64,000 nucleotides of DNA, taken from NCBI GenBank assembly GCA_963664545.2, contig OY761475.2, positions 3,679,608-3,743,607 on the forward strand. The letters are read 5' to 3'. Positions within the stretch are counted from its first letter, which is position 1. Every line of letters starts with the position of its first letter. The position numbers and the translations under genes were made by a program. This document shows, piece after piece, positions 17,425 to 27,016 of this stretch. Source of the DNA: Vicinamibacterales bacterium (GTDB lineage: Bacteria; Acidobacteriota; Vicinamibacteria; Vicinamibacterales; UBA8438). The notes under the pieces are model-generated. The model saw only the letters and a list, made by a program, of their open reading frames with translations. It was not told the origin of the DNA and ran no database searches.

Positions 17425-19125
17425 TCACTCGCGCAGAGCGAAGGTCGAAAGGCTGTGCCCGGCGATGACGGCCACGTACTGCCGGCCGGCCACCTCGTAG
17501 GTCATCGGGCCGTTGGTGATCTGGCCGCCGAGGCTCGTCCGCCAGAGCAGGTCGCCGGTGCGCGCGTCGAGGGCCTGGAAGTAGCCCGAACGGGTTCCCG
17601 TGAACAGCAGGTCCGAGGCGGTGGTGAGGATGCCGCTGCTCGTCACGTCGGTCATCTCGAACTTCCAGCGTTGCTCGCCGGTCAGCGCGTCGAGGGCGAC
17701 CACCGCGCCGGAGCCGGCCGCGTCGGTCCAGGTGTTGATGGGGCCGCGGGTCAGGCCCGGCACCGTGGGGGCGTCGGGCACGGGCGCGGCCGTCCTCGGG
17801 CGTCCGCCGATGAACGAGCGGCCCGGCTCGTACGCCTGCGGCTGGGCGTCGAAGACCGACGCGTAGTCATCCCACGCCGGGATGTAGAACAGCCCCGTGT
17901 GCGGGCTGAACGACGGCGAGTACCAGTTCGTGCCGCCCTGAACGCCGGGGAAGGTCGGCGCCCCCGGCGGCTGGGGGGTCTCGATGGGCCGCCCGGTGTC
18001 GTCGAGCCCCTCGGCCCAGTTGACGGTCACGAACGGCAGCCCGTTGAGGAACCGGCCCGTCGTCCGGTCGAGCACGTAGTAGAAGCCGTTGCGGTTGGCC
18101 CAGAGCATCGCCTTCAGGGTGACCCCGCCGCGCTCGAAGTCGGCCAGGACCGGTATCTGCACCGAGTCGTAGTCGTAGGGGTCGTTCGGCGTGAACTGGA
18201 AGTGCCAGCGCAGCTCGCCGGTGTCGGCGTCGAGGGCGACCACCGAGTCCGAGTAGAGGTTGTCGCCGGGCCGCTGCTCGCGGTTGAAGTCCGGGCCCGG
18301 GTTGCCGAGGCCCCAGTACATGAGGTTCAGCTCGGGGTCGTACGACCCGGTCAGCCACGCCGCGGCCCCGCCGTGCATCCACGCCTCGGGGTCGCAGTAG
18401 GTCTCGGGGTCGGGCGGGCACGGCTCCCACGTCTCGTGTCCGGGCTCGCCGGGCCCGGGGATGGTGTGGAAGCGCCAGATCTCCTCGCCGGTGGCCGGGT
18501 CGAGGGCCGCGATGAAGCCGCGGATGCCCCGGTCGCCGCCGGCCGAGCCCACGATGACCTTGTCCTCGACCACCAGGGGGGCGAGGGTGAACGAGTAGGC
18601 CAGCTCCTTGTCGGCCAGCTCGACGTCCCAGAGCTCGGCCCCGGTCGCGGCGTCGATGGCCACGACGTGGGCGTCCAAAGTGGCCATGAACAGCCGGTCG
18701 CCGAGGATGGCGACGCCGCGGTTGTTCGAGCCGCAGCAGGCGCGGTGGTCCGGCGGCGTCGCGTAGCGGTACACCCAGAACACGCGCCCGGTGCGGGCGT
18801 CGAGGGCGACGACGTCGTTGGGCCGCTGCGTCAGGTACATGACGCCGTCGACGACCAGCGGCGTCGCCTGCCACGGGCCGAAGACCGGGGTCTGGTAGAC
18901 CCACTGCAACTGCAGGTCGCCGACGTTGGCCGCGGTCACGTCGTCGAGCTCGCTGTAGCGCTGGCTGAAGTAGGTGCCCGAATAGGTCAGCCAGTCGGCC
19001 GGCGCCTGCGCGGCGTCGCGGAGACGCTCGAACGGCACCTGCGCCTGGCTCGGTGCCGCGCCGGCCGCCAGTCCGGCCACTAGCGCCGCCAGCCCGATCC
19101 GCCGCATCGTCTCGTTGGTTCGCAT
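17425..19125 (-). CDS. PQQ-dependent alcohol/methanol-family dehydrogenase (quinoprotein), periplasmic
   Basis: Signal peptide. Vicinal Cys pair (HRACCGSNN, C130-C131). Propeller W-motifs. Catalytic region TPNDPYDYDSVQ (D318-Y-D320). Confidence 0.9.
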   Translation of the reverse strand: MRTNETMRRIGLAALVAGLAAGAAPSQAQVPFERLRDAAQAPADWLTYSGTYFSQRYSELDDVTAANVGDLQLQWVYQTPVFGPWQATPLVVDGVMYLTQRPNDVVALDARTGRVFWVYRYATPPDHRACCGSNNRGVAILGDRLFMATLDAHVVAIDAATGAELWDVELADKELAYSFTLAPLVVEDKVIVGSAGGDRGIRGFIAALDPATGEEIWRFHTIPGPGEPGHETWEPCPPDPETYCDPEAWMHGGAAAWLTGSYDPELNLMYWGLGNPGPDFNREQRPGDNLYSDSVVALDADTGELRWHFQFTPNDPYDYDSVQIPVLADFERGGVTLKAMLWANRNGFYYVLDRTTGRFLNGLPFVTVNWAEGLDDTGRPIETPQPPGAPTFPGVQGGTNWYSPSFSPHTGLFYIPAWDDYASVFDAQPQAYEPGRSFIGGRPRTAAPVPDAPTVPGLTRGPINTWTDAAGSGAVVALDALTGEQRWKFEMTDVTSSGILTTASDLLFTGTRSGYFQALDARTGDLLWRTSLGGQITNGPMTYEVAGRQYVAVIAGHSLSTFALRE

Positions 19126-19281
19126 GGTTCACCTCGACTTCGGCCCTGGCCCAGCAGCCGGCCGGTTCGCAGGGGTTGGTTTCGGAACACCGGTCGACGC
19201 GGCGGTCGCGCCCGCGCGGGGCGTGAACCGTCTCGCGCCTCCGGGCACCTGGGCACGCGGAGCCGGGCTGCTTCCGCGGCT

Positions 19282-20076
19282 TCAGCCCTTCAGAGACACC
19301 AAGTACGCCAGCAGGTCGGCCAGCTCGTCCGCGTCGAGCCGGTCGCCGTAGGCCGGCATCGGCGACGTCGTCAGGACCCGGAACTCGCGCAGGTCCGCCT
19401 TGTCGAACGACCGCAGGCGCGCGTCGCCGTCGAGGATCTGCACCGTGTAGGTGTCCTCGTTGAGCCGCCGCCCGGTGACCCGCTCCCCGCCGGCCGTCAC
19501 CAGCTCGACGGGGCGGTCGATGGGCCGCATGGTGCCCGTCGGGTCGAGGAGCGAGCGCCGCAGGGCGCTCGGGGCCCGCTCGGCGCCGACCGAGGTCAGG
19601 TCCGTCGCCGCCCGGGGGCCGCGCCCCTCAACGCGGTGACAGTCGAGGCACGCGCCCCGGCCCTCGAAGAGCGCCCGGCCGCGCGCGGCGTCGCCCAGCG
19701 TCACCGCGTCGGCCTCGTAGGTCATGTTCCGGAGATAGGCGACGATGCCGGCCATCTCCGCCGCATCGAGCTCGAACGCCAGCATGCCGGTGCCGGGGAT
19801 GCCGTTCCGGATGACCCCGATCAGGTCCCGGTCGGTGGCGGCGCGGCGCAGGGGGCCGTTGCGTAGGTCGACCCCGGCGGTGGCGTCCCCCGTCTCGCCG
19901 TGGCAACTCGCGCACTGCGACAGGTACACCGCGAGGCCGTACTCGATGTCGGCGGGATCGTGCTCGACGTGATCCTGGGCGCGCACGGCGACCGCCGATG
20001 CGGCGAGGCAGACCACCGTGCCGACGACACACCGCTCCCAGAACATCCGGGGCGGTCCAAGAAACCCTCGTAGCAT
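19282..20076 (-). CDS. Di-haem c-type cytochrome, probable electron acceptor of the adjacent quinoprotein
   Basis: Two CxxCH motifs (CASCHG, CLDCHR). Start at MLRGFLGPPRMFWERCVVGTVVCLAASAVAVRAQ (ATG 20076) gives a signal peptide. Encoded directly upstream of the ADH on the same strand. Confidence 0.8.
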   Translation of the reverse strand: MLRGFLGPPRMFWERCVVGTVVCLAASAVAVRAQDHVEHDPADIEYGLAVYLSQCASCHGETGDATAGVDLRNGPLRRAATDRDLIGVIRNGIPGTGMLAFELDAAEMAGIVAYLRNMTYEADAVTLGDAARGRALFEGRGACLDCHRVEGRGPRAATDLTSVGAERAPSALRRSLLDPTGTMRPIDRPVELVTAGGERVTGRRLNEDTYTVQILDGDARLRSFDKADLREFRVLTTSPMPAYGDRLDADELADLLAYLVSLKG

Positions 20077-20293
20077 GGGACTGTCCTCCCGCGAGTCGTG
20101 GCAATCCGCGGCGCAAAGTCCGGCCGCGTTCAACGGGCGATCATCCTGCCTGACTCCGTTGCTCCTCGGTCGATATGCCCGTTGTGCGCCCTCGTCGCGT
20201 CTTGGCGGGCACGGCCGTTCTCTCCGGCCCGCCGGGCAACCCCGCGAGTCTCGTCGAGACGTGCGGTTTCCGCCGCGGGCCGCCGGGGACCGC

Positions 20294-22294
20294 TCACTCC
20301 GGCAAGGCCAGCGCCACGTACTCGCTGGGCATGTCCTCCCAGCCGACGGTCACGACGATGTACTGCCGGCCGTCGACCATGTAGGTCATCGGCGCCGCCG
20401 TCGTGCCGCCGGGCAGCTCCATCTCCCAGACCACGTCGCCGGTCAGCTTGTCGTAGGCGCGGAACATCTTGCCGCCGGCCCCGCCCCAGAGCGGCTGCAG
20501 CACGACGACGCCGGCGTTGCCGCCCTCGCCGAGGAAGACGAGCGACTTCGTCACCAGGGGCGACACCCGTCCCGGCTGGCCGAGCGGGGGCAGGTCGAGG
20601 TCCTTCAGCATAGGATGGTCGCGCGGACCGTCGCCGTTCGCCTTCGACCACAGGATCTCGCCCTTCTTCAGGTCGATGGCGACCAGCCGCCCGTACGGCG
20701 GCTTGAAGATGGGCAGCTCGTTGGGGCCCTCGAGGGGGGCCAGCGTTTCGACCACGAGCCGCATGTCCGAGCGGGGGTGCTCGGACGGCACGATGCCGAT
20801 GACCGACTCGCTGTGGACCGACGGCACGTAGAGGATGCCGGTCTCCGGATCGACGGCCGAGCCGCCCCAGTCGGCCCCGCCGACCACCCCCGGCATCTGC
20901 AGGGTGCCCTTCGTGCCCCGCGGCGAGTCGTCGACCATCGAGGGGGCGGTGAAGAGGGGGCCGGTCACGTACTGCTCGAAGACCTCGAGCGCGTCCCGCC
21001 GCAGCTCGGGGGTGAAGTCGATGAGGTCGTCGACCGTCGTCCCCTGCTGGTCGAACGGCGGCGGCTTCGTCGGGAACGGCTGGGTCGGCGCGTACCACTC
21101 GCCGGGCACGTCGCCGGGCGGCACCGGCCGCTCCTCGATGGGCCACACCGGCTCGCCCGTGACGCGGTTGAAGACGTAGGTGAACGCCTGCTTGCTCACC
21201 GCCGCGACCGCCTTCACCGGCTCGGCGCGCCCCTCGACCTGGAGGTCGAGGACGTTGGGGGCGGCGGCGAAGTCGTAGTCCCAGATGCCGTGGTGCACCG
21301 CCTGGAAGTGCCAGACGCGCTCGCCGGTGCGCGCGTCGAGGCAGACCATGCTCTCGGCGAACAGGTTGTCGCCGGGGCGGTAGCCGCCGTAGTAGTCGTT
21401 GGTCGGGGTCGACAGCGGGACGTACACCAGGCCGAGCTCCTCGTCCGCGGCGGGCCACGCCCACATGTTGGTGTTGCCGGTGTACTCCCACGACGGCCGG
21501 TCCTCGTTCAGCGCCGTCAGCCACGTCTCGTTGCCCGGCTCCCCCTCGTGGGGGACGGTGTGGAAGATCCAGATCTGCTCGCCGGTCCTGACGTCGAAGC
21601 CGCGCACGTCGCCCGGCGGCATCTCCTTCATCGCCGGCATGTTCGGGTTGGTGACGTCGCTCATGGCCGAGCCGATGACGACGACGTCGCCCACGACGAG
21701 GGGCGGAGAGCCCCAACTGAAGGTCTCCACCGGCTCGTCGAACCCCTGCGTCAGATCCACCTCGCCGCCGTCGCCGAAGTCGGGGTAGCGCTCGCCGGTG
21801 CGGGCGTCGAGGGCCACCAGGTACGAGCCGACCACCGCGAGCACGCGGGCGTCGTCGCTCCCGGAGTCCTCCCAGTAGGCGACGCCGCGGGTCTGGCGCA
21901 CGCGGGTGAACGGCTCGCCGTCGCGGTCGGGCGGGGTGTCGAACCAGAGCACCTCGCCCGTCGTCGCGTCGAGCGCCGCCACCGTGCCGAGGCCCGAGCT
22001 GATGTAGAGCCGGCCGTCGGCCATCAGCGGCGTGTTCTGCGAGGCGATCGACGGCGTGAAGTCCTCGCGCCCCTCCCGCATCGCGTCGGGCAGCACCGAC
22101 TGCCGCCAGACGATCTGGAGGTCGCCGATGGTTTCCGCGTCAATCTGGTCCAGCGGCGAGTACTTGGTGCCGGCCGCGTCCGACCCGTACGACCGCCACT
22201 CCACGTCCTGGGCGTGGCCGGTGCCGGCGGCGACCGCCGCGCAGGTTGCCGCGACCGCCGTCAGCGCCGCCGCCCGGATGAGCATCTTCCGCAT
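20294..22294 (-). CDS. PQQ-dependent dehydrogenase, glucose/quinate-type soluble paralog 1
   Basis: 666 aa with a signal peptide. Contains EWRSYGSDAAGTKYSPLDQI, YRPGDNLFAES and WHFQAVHHGIWDYDF. Closely similar to the genes at 33341-35350 and 44526-46553. Confidence 0.9.
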   Translation of the reverse strand: MRKMLIRAAALTAVAATCAAVAAGTGHAQDVEWRSYGSDAAGTKYSPLDQIDAETIGDLQIVWRQSVLPDAMREGREDFTPSIASQNTPLMADGRLYISSGLGTVAALDATTGEVLWFDTPPDRDGEPFTRVRQTRGVAYWEDSGSDDARVLAVVGSYLVALDARTGERYPDFGDGGEVDLTQGFDEPVETFSWGSPPLVVGDVVVIGSAMSDVTNPNMPAMKEMPPGDVRGFDVRTGEQIWIFHTVPHEGEPGNETWLTALNEDRPSWEYTGNTNMWAWPAADEELGLVYVPLSTPTNDYYGGYRPGDNLFAESMVCLDARTGERVWHFQAVHHGIWDYDFAAAPNVLDLQVEGRAEPVKAVAAVSKQAFTYVFNRVTGEPVWPIEERPVPPGDVPGEWYAPTQPFPTKPPPFDQQGTTVDDLIDFTPELRRDALEVFEQYVTGPLFTAPSMVDDSPRGTKGTLQMPGVVGGADWGGSAVDPETGILYVPSVHSESVIGIVPSEHPRSDMRLVVETLAPLEGPNELPIFKPPYGRLVAIDLKKGEILWSKANGDGPRDHPMLKDLDLPPLGQPGRVSPLVTKSLVFLGEGGNAGVVVLQPLWGGAGGKMFRAYDKLTGDVVWEMELPGGTTAAPMTYMVDGRQYIVVTVGWEDMPSEYVALALPE

Positions 22295-22384
22295 GTCGTG
22301 TCTCTTCCTCCGCCTCGACCCGCGCCGCCTCCGCTCCGCCGGAACGCCCGGCGCGCGTCAGGCACCCCCGTCGTCCGCGTCCGG

Positions 22385-22768
22385 TCAACCCGCTAGGTCG
22401 TCCAGCGTCACGTCCAGCGCGGCCGCGAGACGGCGGACGAGATCCAGCGTACCCGACTTCCGGCCGTTCTCGATCTGCGACAGGTATCCCTTCGAGACGC
22501 CCACCCTCGCCGCGAGGGCGTCGAGCGTCAGCCCGCGGTGTCGCCGCCACGCCCGCAGCGGGGGTGCCCCGTCCAGAATCGCGTGCACCACCTCGCCGGG
22601 GACCGTGTCGCCGGCCTCGTTCTCACGCAGGGCTCGGTCGGTGGCCGCCAGGTCCGCGGACTCCTCCAGCGAGGCGACCATGCGGCGGTACTCGTCGATC
22701 GGCACCACCGCATACTCGGGTCGACCGTCCTTCTCGATGATCTGAACGTCACGATCGATCTCAACCAT
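22385..22768 (-). CDS. Antitoxin-like protein: Phd-like N-terminal segment plus XRE HTH
   Basis: Start MVEIDRDVQIIEKDGRPEYAVVPIDEYRRMV (ATG 22768). C-terminal HTH LTLDALAARVGVSKGYLSQIENGRKSG. Confidence 0.7.
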   Translation of the reverse strand: MVEIDRDVQIIEKDGRPEYAVVPIDEYRRMVASLEESADLAATDRALRENEAGDTVPGEVVHAILDGAPPLRAWRRHRGLTLDALAARVGVSKGYLSQIENGRKSGTLDLVRRLAAALDVTLDDLAG

Positions 22769-23014
22769 GCTGCTGTTCCAGATCGTCAAGCTCCGCACCT
22801 AGAGGGAAGACCCGGTAACGACCAAGCGACAGCAAGAACTCCACGCGGGCATTCCCGCGAGCTCCGCGGCCCGGCCGGAAGACAGGCGGCCGAGTTCATA
22901 GAGCTTGACGGCGGCCAATGTGCGAAGTTCCTTGGCGAATGCATGCTCGTCGGTCTTCTCGGCCAACAACACCTTTTCCGGAATGTCGATCGCGATCCGA
23001 CGTGTTGTCGTCAT
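22761..23014 (-). pseudogene. UPF0175-family antitoxin-like gene interrupted by a 1-nt frameshift
   Basis: RBS AAGGAGAGGAAG precedes ATG 23014. MTTTRRIAIDIPEKVLL...AVKLYELGRLSSGRAAELAGMP is UPF0175-like. After about 22850 the annotated frame reads AWSSCCRLVVTGSSL*. The -1-nt-shifted frame reads RVEFLLSLGRYRVFPLGAELDDLEQQHG*, which is the expected family C-terminus. That shifted frame ends in ATGGTTGA, overlapping the next gene's ATG. Confidence 0.6.
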
Positions 23015-23120
23015 CTTCCTCTCCTTTGGCGATCCGACCGCAGCGTCGCTAGGGTCAGCTTGTGACCTGCGCAAAGTGCATGATAAAGCGAGTTGCAGGC
23101 GCGGCGCGTGTGCATTCGCC

Positions 23121-24227
23121 TTACGAGAGGCGGGAGAGCAGGTCGTCGGCGTCGACGCACTCGAAGAGCAGGTCGCCGGCTTCGGTGAGGCGGTCGGGGT
23201 CTTCGACGCCGGCGAGGAGCGCGGCCAGCCGCTCGGCGGCGGGCGCGCCGAACTTGCGGGCGGCCCGACGAACGAGGGCGGCCCGTTCGCGGGCGATGCC
23301 CTCGGCGCGGGCCTGCTCGAGCCCCCGGGCGATGCCCTCGGTGCGGCCCCGCTCGATGCCTTCGGCGCGGCCCCGCTCAAGTCCCTCGGCATGGCCTTCC
23401 GCGCGGCCGGCCCATAGCCCCGCGGTGTGGGCCTGCCGGCGGTGGCGGCCGAGCTGCGGGTCGTCGTCGGGCGTCGTGCCTTCGTCCTCGCCGAGCCGAC
23501 GGCCTACCCGGGTCAGGTCGGCCAGGGTGCGCGGGCTGAGGCGGCTCTCGTTCAGGGCGGCGTGGATCTGCGCGGTCGTCCAGGTGGGGAACGCGCGGCT
23601 CTCGTCGGCGATGCGGAAGCGGCCCTCCTCCAGCACGTAGATGGTCAGGCCCGGCCGCACGCGCCGGGGCCGGTTCGGCGACGGCTCGTCGGGGGTGTCC
23701 ACCCACACCTCGGGGAAGCCCCACGCCTCGTACACCGGCAGCTTGTTGCGCCGGACGTCGGTGGTGTGATCCACTTCGAGGATCACGTCCGGCAGGGGGT
23801 CAACCCCCAGCATGATGGCGGGGTCGCGGGGCCGCCAGACGCTCCGGTCGAGGTAGATGGTCTGGTCGGCCACCAGGACCTGCCGCGGCCGGCCGTCCTC
23901 GTCCCGCTCCATCAGGTAGACGGCCCCGGCCAACCGGAAGCGCGACCCGCGCTCCAGGCACATGCGGATCAGCAGCTCGCTCAGCAGGTTCGGGGCAATC
24001 TCGTGGACGGGGCCGGCGTCGCGCAGCACCCAGGCCGTCCCCGTCTCGCGCAGCCAGTACTCGATGCGCCCGTCGTAGGCCCACACGTCGTCCCAGGTCG
24101 ACAGCGAGACGGGGTCGCAGCCGGGGAAGTCGGAGCCCGCGGTCGGCATCGGCGCGGTCGGTGCCGGCCCGGCCGGTCTGACGGCCTTCTGGACGCGCGC
24201 GACGGCGGAGGGAATCATGGCGGCCAT
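23121..24227 (-). CDS. Uma2-like PD-(D/E)XK nuclease::DUF4351 fusion, copy A
   Basis: Start placed at the ATG conserved in all four copies (MAAMIPS). Nuclease core PLPDVILEVDHTTDVRRNKLPVYEAWGFPEVWVD. The xxxG repeat segment is 32 aa. The DUF4351-like tail is LVRRAARKFGAPAAERLAALLAGVEDPDRLTEAGDLLFECVDADDLLSRLS. Confidence 0.8.
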   Translation of the reverse strand: MAAMIPSAVARVQKAVRPAGPAPTAPMPTAGSDFPGCDPVSLSTWDDVWAYDGRIEYWLRETGTAWVLRDAGPVHEIAPNLLSELLIRMCLERGSRFRLAGAVYLMERDEDGRPRQVLVADQTIYLDRSVWRPRDPAIMLGVDPLPDVILEVDHTTDVRRNKLPVYEAWGFPEVWVDTPDEPSPNRPRRVRPGLTIYVLEEGRFRIADESRAFPTWTTAQIHAALNESRLSPRTLADLTRVGRRLGEDEGTTPDDDPQLGRHRRQAHTAGLWAGRAEGHAEGLERGRAEGIERGRTEGIARGLEQARAEGIARERAALVRRAARKFGAPAAERLAALLAGVEDPDRLTEAGDLLFECVDADDLLSRLS

Positions 24228-24446
24228 GTGCCTGCCGCCCATGATGCCACAATCGGCGCGTCGGCGGGGAAGCGGCGGCGAAGACGGGTGTTGCCGGTCG
24301 GTACGGCGCCCGAGAGTCGTAGGGAAACGCGTCTCGTCGGTCGGCATCCTGCGGATCGACGCCGTCGTCCAGGCGGGCGACGACACAGCCGTAGGGAACG
24401 GGTGTCGTCGGTCGGGGGAGCCGCAGGGCTTCCGCCGGCGCGCCGT

Positions 24447-24576
24447 CGGCGGTGCCGTTGATACGCGGGACCGGCTCAAAGCTCTGGCCCGAAAGGCGAG
24501 CTTCCGTAGGTGTGCTGCCGACGGCGGCACCGTTGACACGCGGGACCGGCTCAAAGCCCTGGCCCGAAAGGCGAGC
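24447..24576. repeat. Direct repeat, 2 x 55 bp with 75-bp period, between copies A and B
   Basis: cggcggtgccgttgatacgcgggaccggctcaaagctctggcccgaaaggcgagc at 24447-24501. The same sequence with 4 mismatches at 24522-24576. Confidence 0.85.
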
Positions 24577-24604
24577 CGTCGACGCGAGCATGCTGATCTG
24601 CCGG

Positions 24605-25654
24605 TCAGGATAAGCGGGAGAGCAGGTCGTCGGCGTTTTCGCACTCCAAGAGCAGGTCGCCGGCCTCGGTGAGGCGGTCGGGGTCTTCAAGCCCGGCGAG
24701 GAACGCGGACAGCCGCTCGGCGGCGGACGCGCCGAACTTCCGGGCGGCCCGACGAACGAGGGCGGCCCGTTCCCTGGCGATGCCCTCGGCGCGGCCCTGC
24801 TCGAGCCCCTCGGCGCGGCCGGTCCATAGCCCCGCGGCGTGGGCCTGCCGGCGGTGGCGGCCGAGCTGCGGGTCGTCGTCGGGGGTGGTGCCCTCCCGCT
24901 CGCCGAGCCGCCGGCCCACCCGCGTCAGGTCGGCCAGGGTGAGCGGACTCAGGCGGCTCTCGTTCAGGGCGGCGTGGATCTGCGCGGTCGTCCAGGTGGG
25001 GAACGCGCGGCTCTCGTCGGCGACGCGGAAGCGGCCGCCCTCGAGCACGTAGATCGTCAGGCCCGGCCGCACGCGCCGGGGCCGGTTCGGCGAGGGCTCG
25101 TCGGGGGTGTCGACCCACACCTCGGGGAAGCCCCACGCCTCGTAGACCGGCAGCTTGTTGCGGCGGACGTCGGTGGTGTGATCCACTTCGAGGATCACGT
25201 CCGGCAGGGGGTCCACCCCCAGCACGATGGCGGGGTCGCGCGGCCGCCAGACGCCGCGGTCCAGGTAGATGGTCTGGTCGGCCACCAGGACCTGCCGCGG
25301 CCTGCCGTCCTCGTCCCGCTCCATGAGGTAGACGGCCCCGGCCAACCGGAAGCGCGACCCCCGCTCCTGGCCGAGGCGGGTCAACAGCTCGCTCAACAGG
25401 TGCGGGGAGACCTCGTGGACGGGGCCGGCGTCGCGCAGCACCCAGGCCGTCCCCGTCTCGCGCAGCCAGTACTCGATGCGCCCGTCGTGGGCCCACACGT
25501 CATCCCAGGTTGGCAGCGAGACGGGGTCGCAGCCCGGAAAGTCCCGCCCCGCGGTCGGCATCGGCGCGGTCGGTGCCGGCGCGGCCGGTGCCGGCGCGGC
25601 CGGCTTGACGGCCCTCTGGACGCGCGCGACGGCGGGGGGAATCATGGGGGCCAT
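24605..25654 (-). CDS. Uma2-like PD-(D/E)XK nuclease::DUF4351 fusion, copy B
   Basis: Conserved ATG (MAPMIPP). Same core as copy A, with EVSPHLLSELLTRLGQERGS. The repeat segment is 8 aa. The tail groups with copy A. Confidence 0.8.
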   Translation of the reverse strand: MAPMIPPAVARVQRAVKPAAPAPAAPAPTAPMPTAGRDFPGCDPVSLPTWDDVWAHDGRIEYWLRETGTAWVLRDAGPVHEVSPHLLSELLTRLGQERGSRFRLAGAVYLMERDEDGRPRQVLVADQTIYLDRGVWRPRDPAIVLGVDPLPDVILEVDHTTDVRRNKLPVYEAWGFPEVWVDTPDEPSPNRPRRVRPGLTIYVLEGGRFRVADESRAFPTWTTAQIHAALNESRLSPLTLADLTRVGRRLGEREGTTPDDDPQLGRHRRQAHAAGLWTGRAEGLEQGRAEGIARERAALVRRAARKFGASAAERLSAFLAGLEDPDRLTEAGDLLLECENADDLLSRLS

Positions 25655-25747
25655 GTGCCTCTGACCATCATGCCACAATCGGCGTGTCGGCGGGGGAAGC
25701 GGCCCCGCCGGCGGCCGGTTACAATGCCCGGCGAGGGGAGGCAGGCG

Positions 25748-27016
25748 ATGAGCATGGACAGCGCCCTGATCCGCAGACTCGCGTCGTGGGCCGCCGCGTA
25801 CACGGTTGTCGCGGCCGTGGCCGGTGCCCCGGCGCACGCCGGCGACTGGCCGCAGTTCCGCGGGCCGACGGGGCAGGGCCACGCGGCGGACGCAGTCGTC
25901 CCGCTTGAGTGGAGCGAGACGGAGAACGTCACCTGGAAGACGCCGGTGCCGGGCCTCGGGTGGTCGTCGCCAGTCGTGGCGGACGGGCGCCTCTGGCTCA
26001 CGACGTCGCTGATCGACTCCGCCGAAGGCAGCTCGCTGCGGCTGCTCGCCTTCGACGCCGAGACGGGGAATCCGGCCCTCGACGTGGAGGTCTTCGACAG
26101 CAGCGAGGTCTATCCCCTCAACCCGAAGAACAGCCTCGCCTCGCCGACGCCGGTCCTCGACCCGGACGGCGGGCGGGTCTACGTCCACTTCGGGGCCACC
26201 GGGACCGCCGCCGTCAGCACCAGCGGCGACATCCTGTGGCGCACGCGCTTCCCCTACATCTCGCAGCACGGCAACGGGGGGTCGCCCATCCTCCACGACG
26301 GCAGGCTGATCGTCAGCATCGACGGCTACGACACCGCGTATCTCGTGGCCGTCGACGCCCGCACCGGCGAGGAGCGCTGGCGCTCGGTGCGGCCCGATCC
26401 GGTATCACAGGCCTACTCGACGCCGATCGTCATCGAGGTCGGCGGCCGGGAGCAGATCGTCAACGTCAGCGCGTTCCGGACCTCGGGGCACGATCCGGCG
26501 TCGGGGCGGGCGATCTGGGAGGTGGTCTACCCCCGCGGCTTCTCGAACGTGCCGCGGCCGGTCTACGGCCACGGGCTCGTCTACCTGTCGACGGGCTTCC
26601 AGCAGCCGACCCTGCTCGCGGTGCGCGCGGACGGCACCGGCGACGTCACCCGCTCGCACGTCGCGTGGCGGCTGCGGCGCGGTGCCCCGCTGACCCCGTC
26701 GCCGATCCTCGTCGGCGACGAGCTCTACATCGTCACCGACTTCGGCATCGCGACCTGCGTCGACGCCCTCACCGGCGAGATCCACTGGCAGGAGCGGCTC
26801 GGCGGCAACCACTCCGCGTCGCCGGTGTTCGCGGGCGGACGCATCTACTTCCAGAACGAGGCGGGAATCACCACGGTGCTCGCGCCGGGCACCGAGTTTG
26901 ACGTGCTGGCCCGGAACCGGCTCGACGGTTCGACCCTGGCGTCGATGGCGGTCTCCGACGGCGCGCTGTTCCTGCGCACCGACACCCACCTCTACCGCAT
27001 CGAAGAGCGGCCCTGA
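25748..27016 (+). CDS. Secreted PQQ-like beta-propeller repeat protein
   Basis: ATG 25748 follows GGGGAGG. Signal peptide then DWPQFRGPTGQGHA. The blades resemble those of 9905-11257. Lies between nuclease copies B and C. Confidence 0.8.
   Translation: MSMDSALIRRLASWAAAYTVVAAVAGAPAHAGDWPQFRGPTGQGHAADAVVPLEWSETENVTWKTPVPGLGWSSPVVADGRLWLTTSLIDSAEGSSLRLLAFDAETGNPALDVEVFDSSEVYPLNPKNSLASPTPVLDPDGGRVYVHFGATGTAAVSTSGDILWRTRFPYISQHGNGGSPILHDGRLIVSIDGYDTAYLVAVDARTGEERWRSVRPDPVSQAYSTPIVIEVGGREQIVNVSAFRTSGHDPASGRAIWEVVYPRGFSNVPRPVYGHGLVYLSTGFQQPTLLAVRADGTGDVTRSHVAWRLRRGAPLTPSPILVGDELYIVTDFGIATCVDALTGEIHWQERLGGNHSASPVFAGGRIYFQNEAGITTVLAPGTEFDVLARNRLDGSTLASMAVSDGALFLRTDTHLYRIEERP

Noticed and set aside
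23121-26296. The long N-terminal extensions of the nuclease ORFs as listed in the track (507, 563 and 411 aa).
   Set aside because: The extensions are not conserved between copies, and they run through the intergenic repeats or into the next copy. All four copies share one ATG (MA(A/P)MIP / MTAMIH / MAPFIA) preceded by a conserved upstream motif, so the shorter models were used.
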